Shown: positions 16,590 through 41,921 of the stretch, piece by piece
Layout of the letters: each line of letters begins with the position of its first letter
Numbering within the stretch: the stretch's first letter is position 1
Assembly: GCF_009914755.1 (NCBI RefSeq)
Contig: NC_060929.1
Reading direction: 5' to 3' (one strand)
Origin: the human T2T-CHM13v2.0 reference genome, Homo sapiens
Length of the DNA stretch: 64,000 nucleotides
Position numbers and translations under genes: made by a program
Notes under the pieces: generated by a model
The model's input: only the letters and a program-made list of their open reading frames with translations
What the model was told of the DNA's origin: nothing
The model's database searches: none

Positions 16590-17190
16590 AAAATTATTTT
16601 AAAAGCTTTTTTGAGGTATAACTGATATGCAAAACCTGCACACATTTAATACAATTTGATCAGTTTGGACATATTCATAAACCTGTGAAATCATCACCAT
16701 AATCAATGTAATAGATATTTCCATCACCTCCAAAAGTTTTGATGTATCTCTTTTGCTTTTCTTTTTGTGGTAAGAACGTTTAACATGAGGTCTATCCTCG
16801 TAAACGTTTAAGCATCCAATACGTCATTAACCACAGGCACTATGTTGTACAGCAGATCTTTAGAACTTCATTAATCTCGTACAAATGAAAACTTGTACCC
16901 ATTAAACGACAAATCCCCATGTCCTCATCCCACTAGCCCATGGAAACCACCATTCTATTTTCTACTTAATTTAAAATGATTCCTCGTGTAACTGGAATCT
17001 TGCAGTATTTGTCCCATGTCACACATACCTCACTTAGCATAATGTCTTCCAGGTTCTCCATGTTGTCATAAATGGTAGGATTTCCTTCATATTTAAGGCT
17101 AAGTTCTTAAGAGCCCAATATGCAAACAACACAAATGTTCACTGAAAGATGAATGCAGAATGGATAAAGAAAGTGTAGTTTTATACCCCA
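16590..17190 (-). mobile_element. Old L1M (L1MA/MB) 3' end with a short inverted segment (about 17103-17190)
   Basis: Antisense L1M 3'UTR (ttgaggtataactgat..., cacttagcataatgtcttccaggtt), then sense 'aaacaacacaaatgttc...gaatggataaagaaagtgt'. Confidence 0.75.
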
Positions 17191-17275
17191 ATCCATAAGC
17201 ACATTTTGCTGTTACTTCCTTCAGAACATACCCCAATTCTGATCACATTTTACCTATTCCACTGCCCAAACCATG

Positions 17276-17696
17276 TGTTACTGGTGGAGGGTGACCAGAT
17301 TCTTGGCATTTTGAATAAAGAATAGGACAAAACGCACAAACAAAGCAAGGAAAGAATGAAACAACAAAAGCAGAGACTTACTGAAAACAGAAGCACATTC
17401 CACAGGGTGGGAGTGTGCCTGAGAAAGTGGCTCAAGAGCCAGGTTACAGAATTTTCTGGGGTTTAAATATCCTATAGAGGTTTCCCATTGGTTACTTGGT
17501 GTACACCCTATATAAACGAAGAGGATGAAGTGAAGTTACAAAGTTATTTACTTGGTGTACGCCCTATGCAAATGAAGAGGATGTTTCCTGTCATAGCTGA
17601 AGTTACAAAGTTATTCACTCAGTCTTAGAAAGTTGGGGTTTTTTCCATTTGATTTAGTTCTAGGAAGTCCTGGCCCCCAGAGCCTATTCTGCCTCA
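17276..17696 (-). mobile_element. ERV1 solo LTR, MER51-like
   Basis: TG...CA termini (tgttactgg ... ctattctgcctca), with 'gatttagttctaggaagtc' and 'aaagttgggg' MER51 motifs. Confidence 0.85.
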
Positions 17697-18126
17697 ATGG
17701 CACCATCATCTCTGACCTGGACCATTCAGCATCCTTCTAACTAGTTCTTGTTCTACTTTTACACCTGTGTCATGCTGTTCTCCACGCATTAGTCAGAGTG
17801 ACTCTTGCCCAATATAAATAAAATCAATCATTGCTCTCTACAGAAACTTCTGATGCTATCACCTTTTTAAATAAATACAATATAAATGTTTAACATGGTC
17901 CCTGAATATCTCACTTACGATTTTGTATTGCAGCCCCTTCTCTCCAGGCTTAATGAAATTTTTCTTGCTCTTTGAACATGACAAAAACCTCAGGGATTTT
18001 GCATATGCTATTCCTTGTCTGGAAGGCTCTTCTCCCAGATGTCTCAATGACTTCCTCCCTCACTTTATTCATACTAGTACTGAAACAGCACCTCCCAAGA
18101 ACACTTTCTCTGACTGCCATGTTTAT

Positions 18127-18440
18127 TTTTTTTAATATTATTTTTTTGAGATAGGGTCTCACTCTGTTGCACAGGCTGGAGTGAGATGGCATGATCACAG
18201 CTCACTGTAGCCTCGAACTCCTGGACTCAGGCAATCCTCCCACCTCAGTTTCCCAAGTAGCTGCGACTACAGGTGAGCACCATGACACCTGGCTAATTTT
18301 TTTTTTTTTTTTTTTTTTTTGTTGAGATGGGATTTTGCCAAGTTGCCAAGGGTGGTTTCAAACTCCTGGCCTTAAGCAATTCTCCCATCTCAGACTCCCC
18401 AAGTGATGGGATTACAGGCAAGAGCCACGGCACCTGACTT
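18127..18440 (-). mobile_element. AluJ
   Basis: Dimer with TSD tgact(g/a)ccatgttta. Confidence 0.93.
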
Positions 18441-19286
18441 GACTACCATGTTTAAAAGATCACCTTCCATCACTCTCCATCCTCTCCCTATGTTACAATT
18501 TATTGTAGATTTTTGTCATTTTATTTACCTACTTATATGATGTGTCTTTGCTGTTCCTGATGAAAATGTAAAATTGATAGAAGCAAAGGTTTTGTCTATT
18601 TTATCTGTTGCAATATTTTGGAGTCTAAACCATGACTGCCACATAGTAGATATTCATAGCAGATATTCAAATAAACACAAAGATATGGATAAAGGAGCAT
18701 TAACTATAAGCCAGGCTTTTGTTCTGGACCTGCCCTCTTGCAACATGTGTTGAATATCAAAGAGAAAATAAACAACCAAAACAAAAGCCAGATAATTACA
18801 GATGGTGATAAGTGCTGCGAAAGAAATGCAGTAAGTGATGTGTTTTGCAGTGACTGAGTGAGACAGCCTGAAGTGGGCCGAGCAAGGCATTTCTGAGGAA
18901 GTGATATTTAACGAGAGCCTGAAGGTTAAGAAGTTAACCTCTGAAAAAGCTAAAGGAAAAATACTTCCATAGAGGAAATCATAAATATCCGAGTCCTGTA
19001 TTAAAAAAAAATCAAATGCTATGCAGCTGACTTAAGACAGTAAGACTACCAAAGAGAAGCCGTATGAATAAATGCATGAGTAAACCCGAGAATAAATTGA
19101 TCTAACAGCAAGGAAAGAGATGTACTTAAGAGTATTTGTACAATGATCTAAGCCTATGGTAAGATTTAATTTTCTGATGATCCCGAGAATTACCTTTGCC
19201 CTCAAAGCCAAAATATAACCCTGACCTTTGCCCAAAAATAACTAATTTGCTTGTATCACATGGGCTAAGCTATTACACACTCATTC

Positions 19287-19598
19287 TTTTATTTTTTATT
19301 TATTTATTTTTTTTTTTTTTGAGACGGAGTCTTGCTCTGTCACCCAGGCTGGAGTGCAGTGGCGCCATCTTGGCTCACTGCAACCTCCACCTCTCCCAAG
19401 TTCAAGTGATTCTACTCAGCTTCCCAAGTAGCTGGGACTACAGGTGCACACCACCACACCCAGCTAATTTTTGTATTTTTAGTAGAGACAGGGTTTCACT
19501 ATATTGGCCAGGCTGGTCTCGAACTCCTGACCTTGTGATCTTCCTGCCTCAGCCTCCCAAAGTGCTGGGATTACAGGTATGAGCCACCGCACCCAGAC
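19287..19598 (-). mobile_element. AluS (Sg-like)
   Basis: Dimer with TSD taca(c/t)actcattct. Confidence 0.95.
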
Positions 19599-20472
19599 TA
19601 CATACTCATTCTAACCAGCACCACACTAGTTGCAATGCTTTCAGAATATAAAATATGCAGATGGATGAGGCTAGCCTGACACCTATTTAAGCAACTCAAA
19701 ATGATTTTTAAACAGTAGTACATGAGCAACAAAGACAGAGAAAAATAAATTCTAGTTTCAGGTCTGGCAACAGCTTAAAAGGCAGCCTTGCATTCATAGC
19801 AGCAAGTTACTGCATCTTCATTAGTTTTTTTATCTTAAAAATAATGAGGAAGCTTTGACTACATCATTGGTTGTCAGATTGTGCACAGTGGAACTGACAA
19901 AGATGTTGGTTCCCTTAGGGAAGAGCTAACCAGAACAAGTAGACTTTTGGGCACTGAGTTCTGTTGTGACCAGAGAAGCATTGCATTTATTACCTGTTTA
20001 GGAAATACTGAGGTTCCACGTAAGATTTAATTTTAAAGTAGATTTCTGTGCATATACTGATAGATATATGATAAAGGATTTATAGTTAACATTTTAATGG
20101 TAGATTCTAGGTTCTTAGAATATGGTATTCACTCTAAAATTATTTCAAGTTTTCTCTAATTTGAAATTTTAAAGACTAAAATGTTGTTAAAAACATGGGT
20201 TCTACTAAAAAAGTTATAGAATCCTTTAGTGTACTGAAAGCTCTTAATAGCTCTTATGTCCTATAAATCAATGAAGTTTGTAATCTAGCATTTGTATTTT
20301 AGAAACAGTTGTTGACATAATACTAACGTATCGATATGTAAATTATTGAGTAATTATTGAATCTACATAATCTTATAGAGGACTACATGCAGCTTTAAGG
20401 CAGAAATGCTCTTATTTTTTTCTAGGTTAACAGTTATCAGCACAAGAACGAGCTCAAAAGAGTCACGTACAC

Positions 20473-20473
<1 letters not shown>

Positions 20474-20518
<45 letters not shown>
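20474..20518. repeat. (GT)n microsatellite
   Basis: Read directly, about 22 units. Confidence 0.98.
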
Positions 20519-20519
<1 letters not shown>

Positions 20520-20551
20520 TTTTCAATAAAAGAGTAAAGAGATGGCATAAT

Positions 20552-20892
20552 AGTCTTTCAGAATTTTGCTCCTTAGTTCAACTAAAACCAGATTCCTGTC
20601 ACACAACCAGGAAAGATTAGCAACGTGGACACCTGCAGGGTGAGTAGAGTGGAATACATTGGGTGAAAAGAAAAAAAGAAAAAATAAACTCTCAGCAAAA
20701 CGAGAGGAGGTTCTTCAAACAGGCCCCCACCTCACAGACTGATTCCAGACCACCACACCAGAGCTGAAGAGGCCAGGCTCCTCCCCCTTGCACAAGGCCC
20801 TTGCACATTGCTCTACCTTGTTCTCCCAGTGTGCACGCAGGTGGGAGATTCTCCAGGGGCCCTCTCCTTTATCTGCCTCTTGCATCTTTCTC
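20552..20892 (-). mobile_element. ERV1 solo LTR, MER61-like
   Basis: 'tttgctccttagttcaactaaaacc...ggagattctccaggggccctctcctttatctgcctc'. Confidence 0.7.
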
Positions 20893-21328
20893 TGATGATG
20901 CAATTTCACTTTAGTCAGTATCAAGAACCTGTTACTATTATGTCCTCAAAATCATTTCATACATTTGAGTTTACGAGGTAGATTTTGCACTTGTGCAATA
21001 TTCTTTCATTTCTCCTCTTTTGAAGATGTTAAAAATAATAATAATAATGCAAGACAGAGTAAGAGCAGTCTGAGTTAGGCAAAGTGAAACCACCATTGCA
21101 AAACTGTAACTGAGACAGTGAAAGAGATCTGACCTAACCACCTCAATCTTGCTTCTAGCCTTCAAGCTGTTGTCCTTGTTCATTCCTGGGCATAGGGTGA
21201 ACTAACTTTGGGAGGAACCCAGGAACTGACTCAGTGGCAAGAAGACTGTTACCACTCACTACAATTTCCATCTCTGACCTGACCAATCAGCACTCCCGGC
21301 TCACTGGCATCCCCACACCCACCAAGTT

Positions 21329-25845
<4,517 letters not shown>

Positions 25846-26785
25846 AAGTTGTCTTTAAAAGCTCTGATCCCTTAATGCTCCAGGAGACTGATTTGGGTAA
25901 TAATAAAACTCCAGTCTCTTGCAGAGCTGGCTCTGCATGCATTACTCTTTTTTTATTGCAATCCCCATGTCTTGATAAATCAGGTCTGTCTAGGCAGCAG
26001 GCAAGTGAAGCCATTGGCAGGTACAAAAGTACTCACCAAAGAAAGCTCTGTCAGCTATTTAAGGCATCACTTCAGCAAGGTACACAACTAATTGTCATCC
26101 TAATGTCTTGAACACTTTGCAGTGATTAGCAAATCCCTCTCTCCACCAAGTCTGGTGAACAGGGACAGCTTTTTTTCTTTCCTTTTTCAAAACATTATCA
26201 GATTCCATTTAATCTCAGAATGTCAGTCTTTGAAGACTTGGGATATAATTCAGGTTATCTAGGTCTGGCATTTGTTACAAACACTGATTTACCTGTGTCC
26301 AATGGCAAAGAGATAGGGATATTAATTCTTTTATGAGTATTCCTTAAGGACATCTTAGAAAAGCCATTTGCTACAATATATATCAATACAGGAAATAATG
26401 AACGAAAACCTGATGTTCTAATATTCATACTGAAAAACTAACAAAATATACAAAAGATTTTTATGTTTGTTTCACAGATTATAGAGCCAAGTATTCAGAT
26501 ATTTCAATTAATATTAGCTGCATTTCATGACAATGACAGCAGGAGGTTACGAGCAGTTTCATCCGTGATCTGCTGATACATTAGTGAGTAAATTATGTCT
26601 CCTCAAATGGCTTCTGCTAAGTGAGTAAACATGCAGGGAATTTTACTTTTGTTCAAATGGAATTTTCTTCCATACTTTAATGACTTTTAGATGGTCTATG
26701 TTCATTTTACTTGTTAATTACAGTCTTGTGCACACTGAAGCTGATGAAACTGTGATGCATTCATATTAGGAACAAGTAGTGTATT

Positions 26786-26985
26786 TCCAAATGGCTTCAC
26801 TAATGAGAAGGTAGTTCACCTACATAGCAAATCAGAGTTTCAAACAGCCAGCTAAGAAAGGTTATACCCCGATTCACTATGGTTTTCCAAATGGCTTCAC
26901 TAATGAGAAGGCAGTTCACCTATATAGCAAATCAGAGTTTCAAACAGCCAGCTAAGAAAGTATATACCCTGATTCACTATGGTTT
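26786..26985. repeat. Tandem duplication, 2 x 100 bp
   Basis: 26786-26885 versus 26886-26985, with 5 mismatches by eye. Confidence 0.95.
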
Positions 26986-27029
26986 GGCAGTCACTAACCA
27001 CTGTGTTTTAATAAGGAGATAAAGAATGA

Positions 27030-27260
27030 CTAACTGAATGCTTATTTCACACCAGGAACTACAATAAATGTTTCACCTGTTGTATTTTACAGAATTACAA
27101 CAATCTTTTGAAGGAGATCATTTGTTCTTAATTTCAAAGATGAGGAAACTGAAAATTGACAAGGTAACCTGTTCAAAGTCACATAGCTGGGAAGTGACAA
27201 AGCTGGAATGCCACCCAGTGCTGTTTGACTCTAAGGCCCAAATATTTGACCACTGTGTTT
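27030..27260 (-). mobile_element. MIR SINE
   Basis: 'agatgaggaaactgaa...aaggtaacctgttcaaagtcacatagctgggaagtgacaaagctgg...tgactctaaggcc'. Confidence 0.8.
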
Positions 27261-27469
27261 GATGGTCCCTGTCCAATTACAGTTCACTATAATCCAGCAC
27301 CAGACTGGATTGGAGGAAATTAATTTTCATCCAGGACACTTTTGTTTGCAAAACAGTTCAGTTTTATGCAAACAAAAATTTGATGACCATCAAGGTACCA
27401 ACTCTTATTGACATATTCTTTCTGAATTCTCTTAGCATGTGAAAGTGAAAATTGAAAATAAATATATTT

Positions 27470-32410
<4,941 letters not shown>

Positions 32411-32788
32411 GGGAAAATAGAAAATATTTTTAAAAGCTTCCTGGACTTTGCAAAGATAATATTTTGGCAAGGAATGTATATATTCATAAAATTAAGTTGG
32501 CCAACGTATAATGACCAGAAGAAAAAAATGGTAATAAATTAAATAAATTTCACTTTCAAATTATGTTTTTATTTGGCAGTAAAAGTAAAGATATGACACC
32601 AACCAATTAATTGGTTTGCTAACGCTTATCCTTTACTTACAATCTTTAAATGTTTACTGGGCTTTGGAATACTATGATCTGTATTGATACTCCACAAATA
32701 TTTGATATTTCATAATATTTTATATTTTAACTATAAATAACTGATTTATACCACAGAATTAAAGTCAACTTATGGCTCTCAAAAAACT

Positions 32789-33101
32789 GGCCGGGTGAGG
32801 TGGCTCATGCCTATAATCCCTTTGGGAGGGACCGCTTTGGGAGGCCAAGGTGGTCAGATCATTTGAGGTCAGGAATTTGAGACCAGCCTGACCAACATGG
32901 TGAAACCCCATCTCTACTAAAATACAAAAATTAGCCAGGTGTGGTGGCAGGCACCTGTAATCTCAGCTACTCAGGAGGCTGAGAAAGGAGAATTGCTTGC
33001 TTGAATCCAGGAGGCAGAGGTTTCAGTGAGCCATGATCACACCGCTGCACTCCAGCCTGGGCAACAGAGCAAGACTCCCCCCACCCAAAAAGCAGAAAAA
33101 A
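32789..33101 (+). mobile_element. AluSx-like
   Basis: Dimer with a small internal duplication of ctttgggagg near the 5' end. Confidence 0.94.
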
Positions 33102-33454
33102 CCTATGCCTTGCAAAATTACATTTTTGTCTCTCTTTTCCTCATATGTAACCCATCATTTTATTTAAACTTGATGTAGTGATGTCACTGAATCTGTCAAT
33201 GTCCCCTTTCCTGTCTGCTAAATAATGCCTTGATTTTATTCTAAAGTACTATCCCACCTTATGCACATATCATGTGAAAAAAGTGGTCTGAGACTAGCCC
33301 GGAGATTGGGGGTTAAGCATATCATCAGTCAGAGGTACATATTTTAATTAATTCAGTATGGCCAAATGATCCAATACAGGCCAATGTCCTCAAGCCTAGG
33401 ACTTCTTTAGGGGACTGAGTTAGGAAAGACAGTATCTTTCAAAAAGGAATGCTG

Positions 33455-36345
<2,891 letters not shown>

Positions 36346-38709
36346 AAAAAAATGAACCAGTACTGCTAAGTGAATAGGATGTGAGCCTGGATCTGCTATT
36401 AATCCTTCTTCTACCTTAAAGGAAGGCTTGACAGAGACTAACATCACCCTAAAAGGAAGCATACTCAAACAAAGGAAAGAGAAAGTCCTGAAAATATCAT
36501 TTGAGCACCTGGACTCAGCTCTGTCAGAAGCTTAGACCTTCCCAGGTAGATTTTTATTTCCCAAGGCTATAAAAGTCCTGTTTTGTATAAGCCTTGTAAG
36601 TGGGTTTCTGGCACTTGGACCAGAAAGAGTCCTGTTAGTGTAATTTGGCCCAAATGAAAGAAATATTCACCAAGGTGCAACACACATACAAAATTGAGAT
36701 TGCTTATTTCAGATTAAAAATCACCTTCATATGGAAATTCTACTCTCTATGTTGGAAGGCAATTAAGGAAAAAAAGGGTGGCAGTTGCATAAAATAGATT
36801 TTTAGCCTTAGCCCCGCAAATCACTAAACAAACCCAACATAATATAGGTAAACATATCCACTTATTCTCTCATTGGCTCCAAAAATTCTATAGATTCTTT
36901 TTGTTGTGAAAATGTAGCATTATTGACTGAAAAGACATAGCTTCTTCATAAGGCAAGAAGATAGTTGTCAAGGGATAAGGCAATACAATGAAGTTATGAG
37001 GCAGTAGACCTAGTCCTAAAGGTGTATCAGTTTCTTTTCCTCTGATTGTCAATGTTCTCATCAATTAAATGGGGATAATAAAATTTTCTGTGCTACTCAG
37101 GTTTATTGATAAAGAATACAAAAGAATGTTTATGTGTAATCAATAGGAACACATGATACACACAGAAAACTGCAAAGATTTGTTGTTTGCATTAATCACT
37201 AAAATATACTTCACAACAGAAAGACAATTTTAAATCATAAACGTAGACCAATATTTACATTCCCAACAGAAATGTCTCTTTTGAAAATAAAAAAAGTATT
37301 TAACTTGTATAAGGCTAGCTTCCTGAGTTTACCTTCCACTTGAGGAATAAAAAAGGGATAAAATTAGACGCATCTACCTTCTGCATGTTGAGAACCATGG
37401 TATCTCTGAGCCTGTAGAAGCAGATGTCCCAATTCCAACTGCAAAGTTACTGATATTTTTTCTGTTTTAAAGGGAATCTGAAATGATTCCTGCAGCAGTC
37501 ACAAAGGTTAAATGTTGTTCTCCTTAAATGCTATTGGCAGGTCATCTCTCTGTTCTAGCAGGTAGGTGTAGCGTCTTTCTGTTACCCTGCTGACACGATC
37601 ACTTCACAGATGGCTTTAGCAGCACTTGAACTGACATTGCAGTTGATTGCCAAATGAACCCTTAACCTTTGCCAATAGTCTGGATATGAAAGGACAAATG
37701 TGACCCCACTGACCTTTAGAAGCTGCCTGTTGGAGGTTTTTAGAAGAAACCATAAAGAAGAATTCTTGAATGTATTATCATACTCAAACCACCATCCTTG
37801 TCACACCTACTGCTGTGAGTCACTGCACAAAGTGCCATGCTTATGAACTTGCATTAATTAGCAAATGTAATCAAAGTTGATTATAATTAATTACACAATT
37901 ATGAACATTTCAAGTTTAATTCCACCAAAATTATTTCATAAACTATGTTTTGAATGATGTCTGGCTAAAGGAAAATAGATATGAATGTGTATGTGGATTT
38001 CTGATCATGTACCCAACTACTAAAAAAACATTAATATCCCTAATTTTGTACTCATTTTCAAAGACATGGTCTAAAATTCATGTTGACTTTAACATATGAT
38101 ATTGCTTAGTGACCTCTTAAATTGAGCCGTGACCTATCGTGGTACATGTTGCTCTGGTTAAGCTGAAAATAAGCCCTCATTTCACACACAAAATCGATCT
38201 TTACCTCTCTGACTCTGTCCTTCCTTATCTCCTTCTCTTCCTTCCCTAATGTTTATTGAGATCTTTCTATATGTCAGATATTATGCTAGTATGCAGGGGA
38301 TACAACATTGAACAATACAAAAGTTCTCTTTCCTTCAAACAGACTAGAATCCAACAGAATATAGTAAATTTGATTAATGGATAGATACACATATGGACAG
38401 ATATGTGATAATGCAAATATAGCAAAATGATAATTGTGGAATCTAGGTGGGGAGTAAATATAAGCTGTTGAATCTATAATTCTTTCAACTTATCTGTATG
38501 TTTGACAATTTTCACTATAAAATTTGAGATAAAAATTCAGCAGCAGACGTAGAATATCTACGAAGTGCAAAAATTCTTATCATGAGAGATGTGCAAATTA
38601 TTATGGGAGTTAATCTTTTCTAAGGAATCAAGGAAGGAGTCTGAGATTTTTGAGATGGAGATCATAGTGGGCATTAAAATAGTTACCCCAACAATTATTT
38701 TGTGAAACC

Positions 38710-39510
<801 letters not shown>

Positions 39511-39671
39511 CTGGAAGATATAAAGGAATATTTTTATTGTTCATTTTGTTTTTAATATACATTGTTCCTAATTTGTCAATTTTAAGTGACTTTTTCAGTG
39601 ATTTGCCACACTTGAAATGCAGCCTCAGGTGATTGGTCAAAAGACAATATGAATAAAAATACATGGTAATC

Positions 39672-39672
<1 letters not shown>

Positions 39673-39717
<45 letters not shown>

Positions 39718-39747
39718 CTTTAAGTTCTAGGGTACATGTGCACAATG
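39673..39747 (-). mobile_element. Ultra-short L1PA 3' terminus with (TAA)n tail
   Basis: '(tta)n tactttaagttctagggtacatgtgcacaatg' is the last ~32 nt of L1PA. TSD tggta(a/t)tct at 39664-72 / 39748-56. Confidence 0.88.
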
Positions 39748-40644
39748 TGGTATTCTAATCCTACCTCTAGCTCGTGGGACATTCTATTCCTACTTCTAGC
39801 TACCTCTAGCTGGGGTACTTTGATTCTCTCTCATTACCTCCAAAATTGCTCAGTTGTTGTCAATCCCAGGACATCATAGGTATCCTAATCTGATTGTCTT
39901 CCAACATTCCAAAATTCTCAATTTGGTCATATATTAAAGTCTGACAACAAACTTTTAACAGTGTTACATTCATTGGACCAAAAGTCTTTATCTTCTTATC
40001 ACAGGCAATTAAAACAAATGTCTATTTGGAAATAATTCAACCCATCTGTTACTATCTTTTTTTTCTATTTTTAAACCAAAACCTACTCAAATGTTTATAA
40101 TTATAGAAGGATAAACAAATAAAAGCAAATATTGTCATTGTTTAAAAAATACATTCAGTGTTTGGGAAATGAAGGATTACTTTCTATATAAATATTCAGT
40201 ACCTAATATTGGCATACTTTATGACTACACCCACACATTCATTCAGGAAAATACTGAAAAGGGTTCTGACTACATTGCGGGGGGCGGTCTGTGGATCAAC
40301 GAAATATATTTTGCTCACTGCACTGACCTGTAGAAATTCTAAATTGTCCTCCATTTTCATTGGTCATTCTTGCAGATTTAAAGCAAAGATCTTTTGATCT
40401 GTAAATCACGGTAATATTCTACAAAAAGAGGTAATTCAGGGTGGAAACCCAAGATCAGGAATGAAGATCAAATATGTCTTCAATAGTCTTCAAATTACTT
40501 TTCACAGTATTTTTCCTCTTCCTTCCAAATTCTACTTCCCATCTCCGAATATCTATACCTAAGACACTTGGTGCTGGTATGTTGTCTTATCTATATGGCT
40601 CACTTGTTAAAAGACCAGCTTTTATTCCACATCTCAGCCACTTC

Positions 40645-41310
40645 TGTCCTTTTATTAGTTTTCTATTGCTACCAAAACAAATTACTACAAACACAGTGAC
40701 TTAAACAACAGAAATTTATTATATGAGAATTCTGTAGGTTAGATATCTGGGCATTCCCGGGCTCAGCTAGTTTTCTGTTCCAGGTTTTGCAAAGCCAGAA
40801 TCAACATGTTACTGTGTTACTTTCTGGCATCTCCAGGGACAAATTTGTTTTCAAGGTTATTCAGGTTGTTAGCCAAATTCAGATCTTTACAATTGTACGT
40901 CTGAGGTTCTCATTTTCTTGCTGGCTGGTAGCAATGGGTGAAGTGGGTCGTTCTCAACTTCTGGCAGTTGAAATGCCCATCCTTGGCTCATAGCTTTCTT
41001 CACTCCATCTTCAAAGCCAACAGCACAGTTAGTTTTCATGCTTTGCATCTCTCTGACCTCCCTGTTAGCCTCATTTCTCCTCTTGCTTCTCTCTTCTACA
41101 TCCCTCTGACACTTCTGCTTCCCACTTCTGCTTTTAAAGACTCGAGATTACACTGGGCTCACAAAGACAATCTCCTTATGTTAAAGTGAGTTGATTAATA
41201 TTCCAAAATGTCTTCTGCAAAGTTCTTTCACAATATCATCTGGATTAGTATTTGACTGAAAATTCGGGGGATAGTAATAAAGTTGCTCCCTAGACTTTTG
41301 CCCTACCACA
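40645..41310 (-). mobile_element. MLT1 (MLT1D/E-like) solo LTR
   Basis: 'tattagttttctattgct...acaaattactacaaac...gacttaaacaacagaaatttatt...ctccatcttcaaagccaacag...gccctaccaca'. Confidence 0.8.
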
Positions 41311-41450
41311 TTCCTCCATCCTTCAAAAATGTAATCATCTTCCCATGTTCCATTCTGTCAACTAGGAAAATTTTACTTAAGATTTATGGTGATAGGAGCT
41401 TATTAGCATCCTTCTTCCAAGTGTGCCATATATATATATATATATATATG

Positions 41451-41556
41451 TAGCTTTTTTTTAAACTATCAAAGAAAGAAAGCTGCCTATATCCCCAGAA
41501 AAAACCTACTCTTTCTGCTTTGGCCCAAGTCAGTCACATGCCCCAAGTCAGTCACA
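41451..41556 (-). repeat. Inverted local duplication of 39156-39256 (templated insertion)
   Basis: Reverse complement matches about 85 bp with few differences, plus a second 17-bp copy. Confidence 0.93.
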
Positions 41557-41567
41557 GCCAATATATA

Positions 41568-41613
<46 letters not shown>

Positions 41614-41631
<18 letters not shown>

Positions 41632-41921
41632 TTTGAGACGGAGTCTCGCTCTGTTGCCCAGGCTGTAAGGCAATGGCACGATCTGTCTTAGCTCACTGCA
41701 GCTTCTACCTCCCAAGTTCAAGCAACTCTCCTGGCTCAGTGTCCCGAGTAAGCTGGGATTACAGGCACATGCCACCATGCCTGGCTAATTTTTGTATTTT
41801 TAGTAGAGATGAGGTTTTGCCATGTTGGCCAGGCTGTTCTCAAACTCCCAACCTCAGGTGATCCGCCTGCCTCGGCCTCCCAAAGTGCTGGGATTACAGG
41901 CTTGAGCCATCGCGCCTGGCC
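41614..41921 (-). mobile_element. AluSx-like with (TA)/(CA) microsatellite at its tail
   Basis: Dimer flanked by aatatatat repeats. Confidence 0.95.

Larger units (their letters stand above)
15540..18680 (+). mobile_element. Fragmented L2 LINE, interrupted by an old L1M, a MER51 LTR and an AluJ
   Basis: L2 motifs 'caaggtcagtagtgacttc', 'catttgaagtagctgatcactcctttctt', 'ctcaaatttaacatgtccaaaacc', 'atgctattccttgtctggaaggctct' and a 3' end at about 18640-18680. Confidence 0.75.
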
